DNA from: Candidatus Altiarchaeota archaeon
Lineage (GTDB): Archaea > Altiarchaeota > Altiarchaeia > IMC4 > SCGC-AAA252-I15
Length of the DNA stretch: 64,000 nucleotides
Assembly: GCA_043800255.1 (NCBI GenBank)
Contig: JAZDNF010000001.1
Coordinates: forward strand, 32,001-96,000
Direction: 5' to 3'
The position numbers were made by a program, and so were the translations under genes. Under the pieces are notes generated by a model. It searched no databases, was not told the DNA's origin, and saw nothing but the letters and a program-made list of their open reading frames with translations. Positions 56,293 to 64,000 of this stretch are shown piece after piece (position 1 is the first letter of the stretch; each line of letters begins with the position of its first letter).

Positions 56293-57348
56293 CTACAATA
56301 GGGCATCTACGTCAACGTTCTTTAGAATAAGCTCTCTGACGCGCTTCAATTTCTGATTGCTGGTGACGCTCAGCCTGCTGACTAGGGACTCCGATATCTG
56401 GACTGTTGTGGCGGTGTCATGGGACGTTGATATCACAGGGACGTTCTTCGCCTCCGCCTTGGAAATCACCTTTTCGTCCGGCGTCAGGTCTCCTGTCAGT
56501 ATGAGGCATTTTGTCGGAGTCTCAAGCGCGGCCAGCAGTATGTCCGACCTGTCGCCGCCTGTTATCACCGCCTTGTCTGAGACCTGCCTGAAATACTTCA
56601 TGGCGTGGCCTGGCGACATTGCTCCGACGACAAAGGACTTTATCAGGCCGTCGCCTTTGACCAGCTCCTTGGCGTTGAGCTTGACCCTAAGATCGCTGAC
56701 AGACACAGACTGCATTATCTCGTCCTGGGGCAGCACTCCGATGGTTTTGATGCCTTTGTCGTCAAGGAATGACGTCACTATCGTCTTCACAGTCTTCAGC
56801 TCCGAAGCTGGCACGTTGTTGAAAACCACTCCAGCGCATTTGACCTTCTTTTTCACGAACATGACATCGTTGAGGACCCTGTCGACAGCGTATACTGAAT
56901 CGTACCTTGATAGTAGGAGTATCCTCGTCTTCAGCATCTTTGCGACGTCTACATCGGAGAGGCCTATCATGGATCCGCCTCCGACGTCGCCAGCCCCTTC
57001 GAACAGCATGTAGTCCTTGCCTTTCGAAACCTTTGCGTAGGCGTTCCGGATTGTCCTCTGTTTGGCAGGCTTCCTGCCCTTCAACGCGTTGTCTATGAGC
57101 TCGTGGGTTAACAGGACAGGGGACATCAGCTTGGGAGGGTCGTCCAATCCCAGAATCTCTTTGGCGTGCAGCGTATCACGGTCTGTCAGGCCGTTGTTAT
57201 ACTCTGTGAGCAGGTTCCCGACAGGCTTCATGTAACCTACTCTCATGCCCCTCTCCTTCAGTATCAAGCCCAAGCCTAGGCAGAATGCGCTCTTCCCAGA
57301 GTATGGCTCGCATGAGCTGATGAACAAGCGCTTAGACGATTTTGCCAT
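56293..57348 (-). CDS. Phosphotransacetylase N-terminal-like (BioD-like P-loop + DRTGG) protein lacking the catalytic PTA domain
   Basis: SGKS, GYMKPVG, EGAG, VGAM, ITGGDRSDI, LILTG. Confidence 0.85.
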   Translation of the reverse strand: MAKSSKRLFISSCEPYSGKSAFCLGLGLILKERGMRVGYMKPVGNLLTEYNNGLTDRDTLHAKEILGLDDPPKLMSPVLLTHELIDNALKGRKPAKQRTIRNAYAKVSKGKDYMLFEGAGDVGGGSMIGLSDVDVAKMLKTRILLLSRYDSVYAVDRVLNDVMFVKKKVKCAGVVFNNVPASELKTVKTIVTSFLDDKGIKTIGVLPQDEIMQSVSVSDLRVKLNAKELVKGDGLIKSFVVGAMSPGHAMKYFRQVSDKAVITGGDRSDILLAALETPTKCLILTGDLTPDEKVISKAEAKNVPVISTSHDTATTVQISESLVSRLSVTSNQKLKRVRELILKNVDVDALL

Positions 57349-57784
57349 CCTCATCGATCTCCTTGGATTTTATCCTCTCGCTGGATATGGGCTTCCCATC
57401 GTCAGCCAGCGCCAGTGGCACCACCACGACAGTAAGCTTCGCAAGATTCTTCTTGAACCTTATCGTGTTAATCTCCTCAGCCCTCAGGAGCGTCTCCTCG
57501 CTTACGACTATGCAGTCTATCCCAGGGTCTAATGTTGCAACACCATAGCTGTCGTCTATCCTGACTATCTCATACGGTTTCCTGAAGCCCTTCACAAAAT
57601 CTTCGACCTGCTTCCTCCTCTTCTCGTATGAGGGGGCCTTGTGAGGCCTGAACCTGGTAGCGAACTCGTCAGAAGTCAGCCCTATGATAATGGAGTCTCC
57701 AACGTCGGCAGCGGTCTCGATAAGCCTCCTATGCCCCAAATGCAGCGTATCAAACGTCCCCCCAACAACAACCCGCTTGAACAT
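57332..57784 (-). CDS. coaD: Archaeal phosphopantetheine adenylyltransferase
   Basis: GGTFDTLHLGH, GLTSD, IVVSEET, ISSERI. Confidence 0.93.
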   Translation of the reverse strand: MFKRVVVGGTFDTLHLGHRRLIETAADVGDSIIIGLTSDEFATRFRPHKAPSYEKRRKQVEDFVKGFRKPYEIVRIDDSYGVATLDPGIDCIVVSEETLLRAEEINTIRFKKNLAKLTVVVVPLALADDGKPISSERIKSKEIDEDGKIV

Positions 57785-57814
57785 GTTATAGTATTAGTTA
57801 TACAATAAATAACT

Positions 57815-58393
57815 ATGAGGGTGGAGTTGGTTGACATTACCGATGGCGCTGAGAACCTTATCGCGGAGTCTGCGAGGACCTGCTATAAGTCTGTCGCCAA
57901 GGACAGCTCCTCCAATGCGAAGCTTGTGGTTCACCTGAGGGATTCCGGCCACCTTTCGACGTTCGAGCATGCGAAGGCGACCTTCAGGATTGAGGGCATC
58001 TCCCGCGCATGCTCCCACCAGCTTGTCAGGCACAGGCATTTCTCGTTCTCCCAGGAGTCTCAGAGGTACGTTGACGAGGAGGACTTCAAGTACGTGACAC
58101 CCGATGATGTCCTCAGAAACGCCAATGCAAGGGAGAAATACGACAGTCTGATGGCAGAAATAAACAGCGCTTACTCCTTCCTCCTCAAGGAGGGGGTAAA
58201 GAAGGAGGACGCCAGGTTCGTCCTCCCGAACGCCTGTGAGACGACAATCGTTGTGACCGCCAACTTCAGGGCATTGAGGGAGTTCATAGAGCTCAGGAAG
58301 ACTGAGAAGGCGCAGTGGGAAATACGGGAGCTTTCCGCAAGAATGCTTGGAATCCTCAGGGAGAAGGCCCCGAACGCTTTCGGGGATTTGTAG
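57815..58393 (+). CDS. thyX: Flavin-dependent thymidylate synthase
   Basis: GHLSTFEH, HQLVRHRHFSFSQESQRY, EDARFVLP, AQWEIR. Confidence 0.95.
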   Translation: MRVELVDITDGAENLIAESARTCYKSVAKDSSSNAKLVVHLRDSGHLSTFEHAKATFRIEGISRACSHQLVRHRHFSFSQESQRYVDEEDFKYVTPDDVLRNANAREKYDSLMAEINSAYSFLLKEGVKKEDARFVLPNACETTIVVTANFRALREFIELRKTEKAQWEIRELSARMLGILREKAPNAFGDL

Positions 58394-58426
58394 GGCTTTT
58401 ATAGTAATCTTATAAAAGTTTTATAC

Positions 58427-59533
58427 ATGTTCGATGATCTTTACACGAAGATAACCTCTGCCATAGACTACCGGATTCTGACTCTAGCGCCTCTTGCGGT
58501 CTCGCTGTTGATGCTCTTTGTCATATATACTCGAGGCGTGCCCCTAGGCATAGACTTCCAAGGCGGAACATGGATGGACATACTGCTTGATAACAACATT
58601 ACGGACCAGAACCTCGTCCAGATGCAGTCCGAGCTGCAGGATTACGGATTGGAGGATCTGAAAGTCTATGTCGGATATGACATGGATGCGAAAAAGGACA
58701 AACTCACTGTTGTAACAACAAGCCCTGTTGATGTCGTCAACGTCAGCGGAATAATTGAGCCATACACTGGCAGGCTGGTGGAGGCTGACATCGCCAGAGT
58801 CACTTTAAACAAGAAACCTCCCGTGGAGCTTTCCGAGAAACTCGAGAGCAGGCTGAAAGAGAACGTTAAATTAGCGTATGGGGACAATGTGCTGACGGTA
58901 GAGGCCTTAGAGTTGGATGAGGAGACGGTCGAAAGCGCATTAACCTACTACTTAGGCGAGAGCGTTGATGTAACCCTCGAGAAGAAGAACCTCAATTCCA
59001 GGGAAGTGAGCCCAACTCTTGGAAAAACCTTCAAAGAGCAGGGGATAAAGGCACTGATTGTTGCATTCGTCCTGATGAGCATTGTCGTGTTCTTCGCCTT
59101 CAAAGACTTCATACCCTCGATAGCTGTCCTGCAGGCTGCATTGTCTGATGTCACCATAGCCGTGGGTTTTATGAGCATATTCAGGATTCCATTGGAGCCA
59201 GCATCTCTCGCGGCGTTGCTGATGCTCATAGGTTACTCTGTGGATTCTGACATACTCCTGACAACAAGATGCCTTAAAGGCAGGAGGGCGGAGGTTGACG
59301 AGAACCTCGACGATTCCATAAAAACCGGATTGACGATGACCGGTACGGTAATCGGTGCTATGGTAGTGTTGTACATATTCTCCTCTTCTGTGGTTGAAAT
59401 GCCTGTCCTAAAAAGTATCTCCCAGATTCTACTGTTCGGTCTGATAGCAGATCTTTTCACAACGTGGCTCACAAATGCTGGCATCGTCAAATGGCATCTT
59501 GAGCGATCTCCCCATAAATTCAAAACAAGATGA
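58427..59533 (+). CDS. secF: Protein-export membrane protein SecF
   Basis: GIDFQGG, LMLIGYSVDSDILLTTR, GLIADL.TTWLTNA. Confidence 0.92.
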   Translation: MFDDLYTKITSAIDYRILTLAPLAVSLLMLFVIYTRGVPLGIDFQGGTWMDILLDNNITDQNLVQMQSELQDYGLEDLKVYVGYDMDAKKDKLTVVTTSPVDVVNVSGIIEPYTGRLVEADIARVTLNKKPPVELSEKLESRLKENVKLAYGDNVLTVEALELDEETVESALTYYLGESVDVTLEKKNLNSREVSPTLGKTFKEQGIKALIVAFVLMSIVVFFAFKDFIPSIAVLQAALSDVTIAVGFMSIFRIPLEPASLAALLMLIGYSVDSDILLTTRCLKGRRAEVDENLDDSIKTGLTMTGTVIGAMVVLYIFSSSVVEMPVLKSISQILLFGLIADLFTTWLTNAGIVKWHLERSPHKFKTR

Positions 59534-61110
59534 AAGAACTACTCAAGAGTTTACGTGTTATGCTGATGATTGTGCTGGTAGCGTTCTCCCTGCTTCTAGT
59601 GTTCAACATAATACCTGTCAACAAGGAGAAGGGCAAGGGCATCGGGTTCGGAAACGGTCTTGATTATGGTCTGGACTTTGCAGGCGGAACACAACTTCAA
59701 CTTAGGCTGGAAAGGCCAGTCGACTCTAATGTTATGGCAATCGAGAAGAGCATACTCGAGAACAGGCTGAACTCTCTTGGCCTTAAGGACATTCCAGTTC
59801 GGCCGTGGGGCAGCCAGTACATCCTGATACAGATTGCCGGGGCAACACCGACTGAGATAACCCGCATCGAGGAAGTGCTGAGACGACAAGCAAGATTCGA
59901 GGAGAGGATAGACGGCGAGCTTGCTGTTCTCGGCGATGAAGTCTCAGTAGACCTCAGCTCCACAGGCCAGCAGATTTACAAGTCTCCTGGAGGCTACTCA
60001 TGGGCGGTATCGGTAAGCCACAGCCCCGAGGGCGCATGCAGGTTCGGGAAGGTGGCGGAGGGCAAGAAGGGCAGGCCTGTGGACATCTTCATAGACCGGC
60101 CGGCCAACACCACGATACTGATGTATGAGGGCAAGTACAATCTATTGGAAAATGTGAGCGCGTCAGGCGAGGGGGACAGCTTCTATTTTGGGGATACTGC
60201 GATAGACCTTATCGAGGTCAGGGCTCAGATACCGGTCGTCGTGTTGGGCGAAATCAACCAGACGATCGAGGAGCTGAAAAGCAAAGGCAACTCCAATGTG
60301 ATACTCGCCGGGGACGAGAGCAGGATATCCGACAGTGTGAGGAACCTCCTTGAGGAGAGCGGATTCAGCACTGTGAGGAACGAGCAGGGCAATATCTCCT
60401 ACGACATGTGGATTTCAGAGCTAACGGGCTTGGAGAGCTCGCCCAGGCTGAACTTCGACACTCTCGGGAAGTGCGTCTACAACGCCCAGATTACGGGCGG
60501 CGCCTCGACTCTGGAGCTCGCCCAGAACGAGGTGAAGACCAACCAGGTTCTGTTAACGTCCGGGAATCTCCCAGCCAAGGCAACAGTCGAGTCAAAGTCG
60601 ACGACACCTCCCACAGTTGGCGGAAAGTTCCTCAGGTACGCGTTTTTCACGGGCGTTATGGCATTTGTGGTCGTAGCTCTCATCATATTCCTCAGGTACA
60701 GACGGCTCTCAATCACCCTGCCGATAATAATAACCGGGCTGAGCGAGATTATTCTCATACTGGGGCTTGCGTCGTTGATAAACTGGGAGCTGGATCTCCC
60801 CGCAGTTGGTGGCATAATCGCCTCTGTTGGAACTGGTGTTGACCACCTGATTGTCATAACCGACGAAACGCTGAAGACAGACAGGAAAAAGAGGGTGTTA
60901 AATTTCTCTGAAAGCCTAAGGAGAGCGTTCTTCATCATCTTCACCGCAGCAGCCACCATGATCGCCGCCATGTTACCCATGTTGAGCATAGGCGCTGGCA
61001 TGCTGAAGGGTTTCGCGTTCACAACGATAATGGGCGTCTTTGTCGGGGTTATCATAGCCAGGCCAGTGTATGCTAAGATGATACAGGAACTCCTAAAGAA
61101 GAGTTATTAA
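59530..61110 (+). CDS. secD: Protein-export membrane protein SecD
   Basis: GLDFAGG, SGNLP, GTGVDHLIVITDE, LKGFA, ARPVY. Confidence 0.92.
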   Translation: MKELLKSLRVMLMIVLVAFSLLLVFNIIPVNKEKGKGIGFGNGLDYGLDFAGGTQLQLRLERPVDSNVMAIEKSILENRLNSLGLKDIPVRPWGSQYILIQIAGATPTEITRIEEVLRRQARFEERIDGELAVLGDEVSVDLSSTGQQIYKSPGGYSWAVSVSHSPEGACRFGKVAEGKKGRPVDIFIDRPANTTILMYEGKYNLLENVSASGEGDSFYFGDTAIDLIEVRAQIPVVVLGEINQTIEELKSKGNSNVILAGDESRISDSVRNLLEESGFSTVRNEQGNISYDMWISELTGLESSPRLNFDTLGKCVYNAQITGGASTLELAQNEVKTNQVLLTSGNLPAKATVESKSTTPPTVGGKFLRYAFFTGVMAFVVVALIIFLRYRRLSITLPIIITGLSEIILILGLASLINWELDLPAVGGIIASVGTGVDHLIVITDETLKTDRKKRVLNFSESLRRAFFIIFTAAATMIAAMLPMLSIGAGMLKGFAFTTIMGVFVGVIIARPVYAKMIQELLKKSY

Positions 61111-61135
61111 GAGCAAAGATTAATCATTTAAAAAA

Positions 61136-61630
61136 ATGGCCGAAAAAAATCAGAAGGATGTGAAAAAAAGCATACAGGCTTTTTATGATGCGAAAGTGGA
61201 TTCGTTCATGAGCAGACAGCTCCCCCTCATAGGTGCCAAGTCCACTGTCGGCGATGTCCTCCACAGGATGGGCAACTTGAGCACAGATCACCTGTGGGTT
61301 ATAGACTCTGAAAAGGGAGACAAGTTCGTTGGTGTGATAACCGAGAAGGATATCCTGCGTGGCCTTAGCTCTCCATATACGAGCGAGGACATGGAGTGGG
61401 ATATACTGGGTCTGAAGTCCATAACCTACGGTTCTGCAAAGACCGCTGGCGACATCATGTCAAAGCACATTATAACCGCAAAATCCAGCACGACTGTGGG
61501 AGAGGTAATCCGGCTGATGACCCAGAACCGTATCAGACGCCTCCCCGTGGTCGACAGAGACAAACTGATTGGCGAGGTTACAGTGCACCAGATTGCAGGA
61601 CAGGTGAGCAAGAACCTGCTCAAGAAATAA
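61136..61630 (+). CDS. CBS-domain protein
   Basis: GVITEKDIL, RRLPVV..LIGEVT; directly upstream of the antiporter. Confidence 0.85.
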   Translation: MAEKNQKDVKKSIQAFYDAKVDSFMSRQLPLIGAKSTVGDVLHRMGNLSTDHLWVIDSEKGDKFVGVITEKDILRGLSSPYTSEDMEWDILGLKSITYGSAKTAGDIMSKHIITAKSSTTVGEVIRLMTQNRIRRLPVVDRDKLIGEVTVHQIAGQVSKNLLKK

Positions 61631-61633
61631 ATC

Positions 61634-62812
61634 ATGTCAGAGATAATCCTGTTCTTCGAGCTGGGTCTGGCTTTGATTCTGGCCAAACTCTTCGGAGAGC
61701 TCTTTGAGAGGATGAAGCAGCCTGCGGTTATGGGAGAAATCCTTGCAGGCATTATCATAGGCCAACAGGTCTTAGGACACTACATCGGTTTAGACCTTAC
61801 GGGAGAGGTTTTTAAGTCTATCGCGGGCATCGGTTCCCTGATACTGTTATTCCTGTCAGGACTTGAGGTCGAGCTTTCAGAGCTGAAGAAGACCGGAAAA
61901 CTGGCCGTTACGGTTGCGACTGGCGGCGTGCTTCTGCCCTTCTTCGGAGGCTATCTTGTTTCGCAATTCTTCGGCTATTCGTTCTCGCAGTCTCTCCTGG
62001 TCGGGGTCATCCTGACAGCGACGAGCGTCGGTGTCACAGCAAGAGTCTTGTTGGATGCTGAGATGCTGAACACGAGGGCCGGGACAACGATACTTGGGGC
62101 GGCGGTGATAGACGACGTGTTCGGCATACTCATGCTGGTGTTAGCGTCCAGTCTAGCTGTAAAACACGGGCTTGATGTGAGCGGTCTGTCCACTCTGGGC
62201 ATTAGCATATTCCTCTTCTTTTTTATAACCCTCTATCTGGGTTTGAAGTTTATCGGCAGGGTTGTTGACCTGCAGAGCAGGATGATAACTTCGAATGCAC
62301 TGCTCGCCATGTCTCTGGGGCTCGGATTTTTGTTCGGCGTGTTCGCAGAGGAGATAAAGATTGCCGCAATAACGGGGGCGTTCATAGCTGGCCTGATCAT
62401 CGGAGAAACTCCCCATAAGCAGAGAATGGTGGAAGAGACAAGAGTACTGGGTCACGGCTTCTTCATCCCATTATTCTTCGTCTACGTTGGAGCGCTGTTC
62501 GACTTCTCAGCACTATTGAATGCCGGATCGCTCATCGTACTTGTAGTTTTTGTTGCGATATTCGGGAAGCTTATCGGCTGCGGCCTGCCTGCGAAACTGA
62601 TGGGATCGTCAAACAGGGAGTCAATCATCATCGGAGTCGGCATGATACCTAGGATGGAAATCGGCCTGATTGTTGCTGCAATCGGCATAGAGTTGGGCAT
62701 GGCATCTGGTGTTGAGGCTGAGATGCTGGCATTAGCTATAGTCACCTCCATTGTAACCGGGCTCCTCCCGTTGTTCTTCCTCAGGCCCCTCCTCAGGGGC
62801 TACAAGGGTTAG
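61634..62812 (+). CDS. CPA2-family cation:proton antiporter (NapA-like)
   Basis: GEILAGIIIG, LFLSGLE, ATSVG, AAVIDDV, GMIPRME; about 12 TM segments. Confidence 0.92.
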   Translation: MSEIILFFELGLALILAKLFGELFERMKQPAVMGEILAGIIIGQQVLGHYIGLDLTGEVFKSIAGIGSLILLFLSGLEVELSELKKTGKLAVTVATGGVLLPFFGGYLVSQFFGYSFSQSLLVGVILTATSVGVTARVLLDAEMLNTRAGTTILGAAVIDDVFGILMLVLASSLAVKHGLDVSGLSTLGISIFLFFFITLYLGLKFIGRVVDLQSRMITSNALLAMSLGLGFLFGVFAEEIKIAAITGAFIAGLIIGETPHKQRMVEETRVLGHGFFIPLFFVYVGALFDFSALLNAGSLIVLVVFVAIFGKLIGCGLPAKLMGSSNRESIIIGVGMIPRMEIGLIVAAIGIELGMASGVEAEMLALAIVTSIVTGLLPLFFLRPLLRGYKG

Positions 62813-62863
62813 GCTTTTTTAATACCTTTCACATATGTTAAAACCAATTTTGGGGTGAACTAT

Positions 62864-63850
62864 ATGGTTAAAATCTATCATGACGTTGACGCTGACATCA
62901 GCGTCTTAAAGGGGAAGACTGTTGCGATAATAGGATACGGCAACCAGGGCGGCGCGCAGGCTCAGAACATGCGCGACTCCGGGGTTAAAGTCATAGTAGG
63001 CTCTATAAAGGACGCCTCGTATGAGAAGGCCAAGGAGGACGGCTTCGAAGTCTATCCGATAGCAGAGGCAGCGAAGAAGGCTGACATAATCCACATACTG
63101 TTGCCTGACGAGGTCCAGTCTAAAGTCTACGAGACGGACATCAAACCAAACCTGAAGAAGGGCAACGCCCTCATGTTCTCCCACGGCTTCAACATAAGGT
63201 TCACGAGGATCATCCCGCCAAAGGACGTCGACGTCATAATGGTCGCTCCCAAGGGCCCGGGCAAGAGGGTCAGGGAAACCTACGTTGAGGGTTTCGGCAC
63301 TCCCGCTCTTATAGCGGTTGAGAGGGATGCATCAGGAAAGGCGAAGGATGTCGTCCTGGCATTGGCGAAAGCTCTTGGAGCCACCAGGGCAGGAGTCCTG
63401 GAGACCACGTTCACGGAGGAGACAGAGACTGACCTCTTCGGAGAGCAGGTTGACCTGTGCGGCGGAGCCACCGAACTCATCAAAGCCTCATTTGACACTC
63501 TAGTAGAGGCAGGCTACCAGCCTGAGCTCGCATACTTCGAATGCCTGCACGAGCTGAAACTGATAACCGACCTGATACAGGAGGGCGGCCTCGAGCACAT
63601 GTGGAAGTGCGTCAGCAACACTGCAGAGTACGGCGGCAGAACCAGAGGAGAGAAGATTATAACCCAAGAGACGAGAAAGGAGATGAAAAAAATCCTGAAG
63701 GACATTCAGTCCGGCAAGTTCGCCGACGAGTGGGTAGACGAGTGCAAAAAAGGAATCCCAAACCTCAAGAAGATGCGCGAAAAAGACCAGAACCTGCAAA
63801 TCGAGAAAGTCGGCGCACAAATCAGGAAGATGTTCGTCAGGAAAGGGTGA
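62864..63850 (+). CDS. ilvC: Ketol-acid reductoisomerase
   Basis: [38 protein letters not shown]. Confidence 0.96.
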   Translation: MVKIYHDVDADISVLKGKTVAIIGYGNQGGAQAQNMRDSGVKVIVGSIKDASYEKAKEDGFEVYPIAEAAKKADIIHILLPDEVQSKVYETDIKPNLKKGNALMFSHGFNIRFTRIIPPKDVDVIMVAPKGPGKRVRETYVEGFGTPALIAVERDASGKAKDVVLALAKALGATRAGVLETTFTEETETDLFGEQVDLCGGATELIKASFDTLVEAGYQPELAYFECLHELKLITDLIQEGGLEHMWKCVSNTAEYGGRTRGEKIITQETRKEMKKILKDIQSGKFADEWVDECKKGIPNLKKMREKDQNLQIEKVGAQIRKMFVRKG

Positions 63851-64000
63851 GCGGAACGAAGAGAGGGAGATGTTCGAAAACTCAGATATCCTTTATGCGG
63901 CGAATTTCATGGATGTTGCGCCCCCTCTCCAGCTATGAGTTTTCCATTAATTGCAGCAATCATATCCTTTGGGGAGAATGTCGTCTTGTTCCATGAGCCG

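Noticed and set aside
63851-64000. Possible 3' end of a minus-strand gene (…GSWNKTTFSPKDMIAAINGKLIAGEGAQHP*)
   Set aside because: Too short at the window edge to fix the frame or family
1-64000. tRNA, rRNA, IS elements, integrases, CRISPR arrays, defence islands
   Set aside because: Intergenic gaps are short and AT-rich; no such signatures seen by eye

Overview
Gene-dense archaeal chromosome segment with no mobile elements, tRNA/rRNA or CRISPR detected. The gene content (archaeal CODH/ACS, Fwd and Mch combined with a bacterial-type NAD(P)-dependent Mtd and MetVF, ThyX, topo VI) is most consistent with an Altiarchaeota-like anaerobic autotroph; this taxonomy is inference. Contents in order: partial proB; group 3b [NiFe] hydrogenase operon plus maturation protease; scpB-htpX; an RHH-queD-queC-methyltransferase-queE-mptA 7-deazaguanine operon; RNA polymerase operon (split Rpo2, fused Rpo1); distal part of the spc ribosomal operon with secY; cca, amrS, topo VI; mtd divergent from a GltD/NfnB-MvhD fusion + metV + metF; a 12.6-kb cooT-cdhA-cdhC-cooC-cdhD-cdhE-fwdGACBD-fdhD Wood-Ljungdahl operon; repair and cofactor genes, mch, thyX, secFD, an antiporter and ilvC. 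Most striking observations: (1) the CO dehydrogenase alpha subunit carries a ~90-aa winged-helix-turn-helix-like insertion between its two ferredoxin-type Fe-S motifs, cdhB is missing from the operon, and the operon promoter has three GTTTACA repeats, suggesting a DNA-binding, self-regulating CODH; (2) an NfnB/GltD-MvhD fusion coupled to MetVF, a candidate NADPH-driven, possibly bifurcating methylene-pterin reductase; (3) a SAM methyltransferase embedded in the preQ0 operon. All family assignments come from motif recognition, not database searches.
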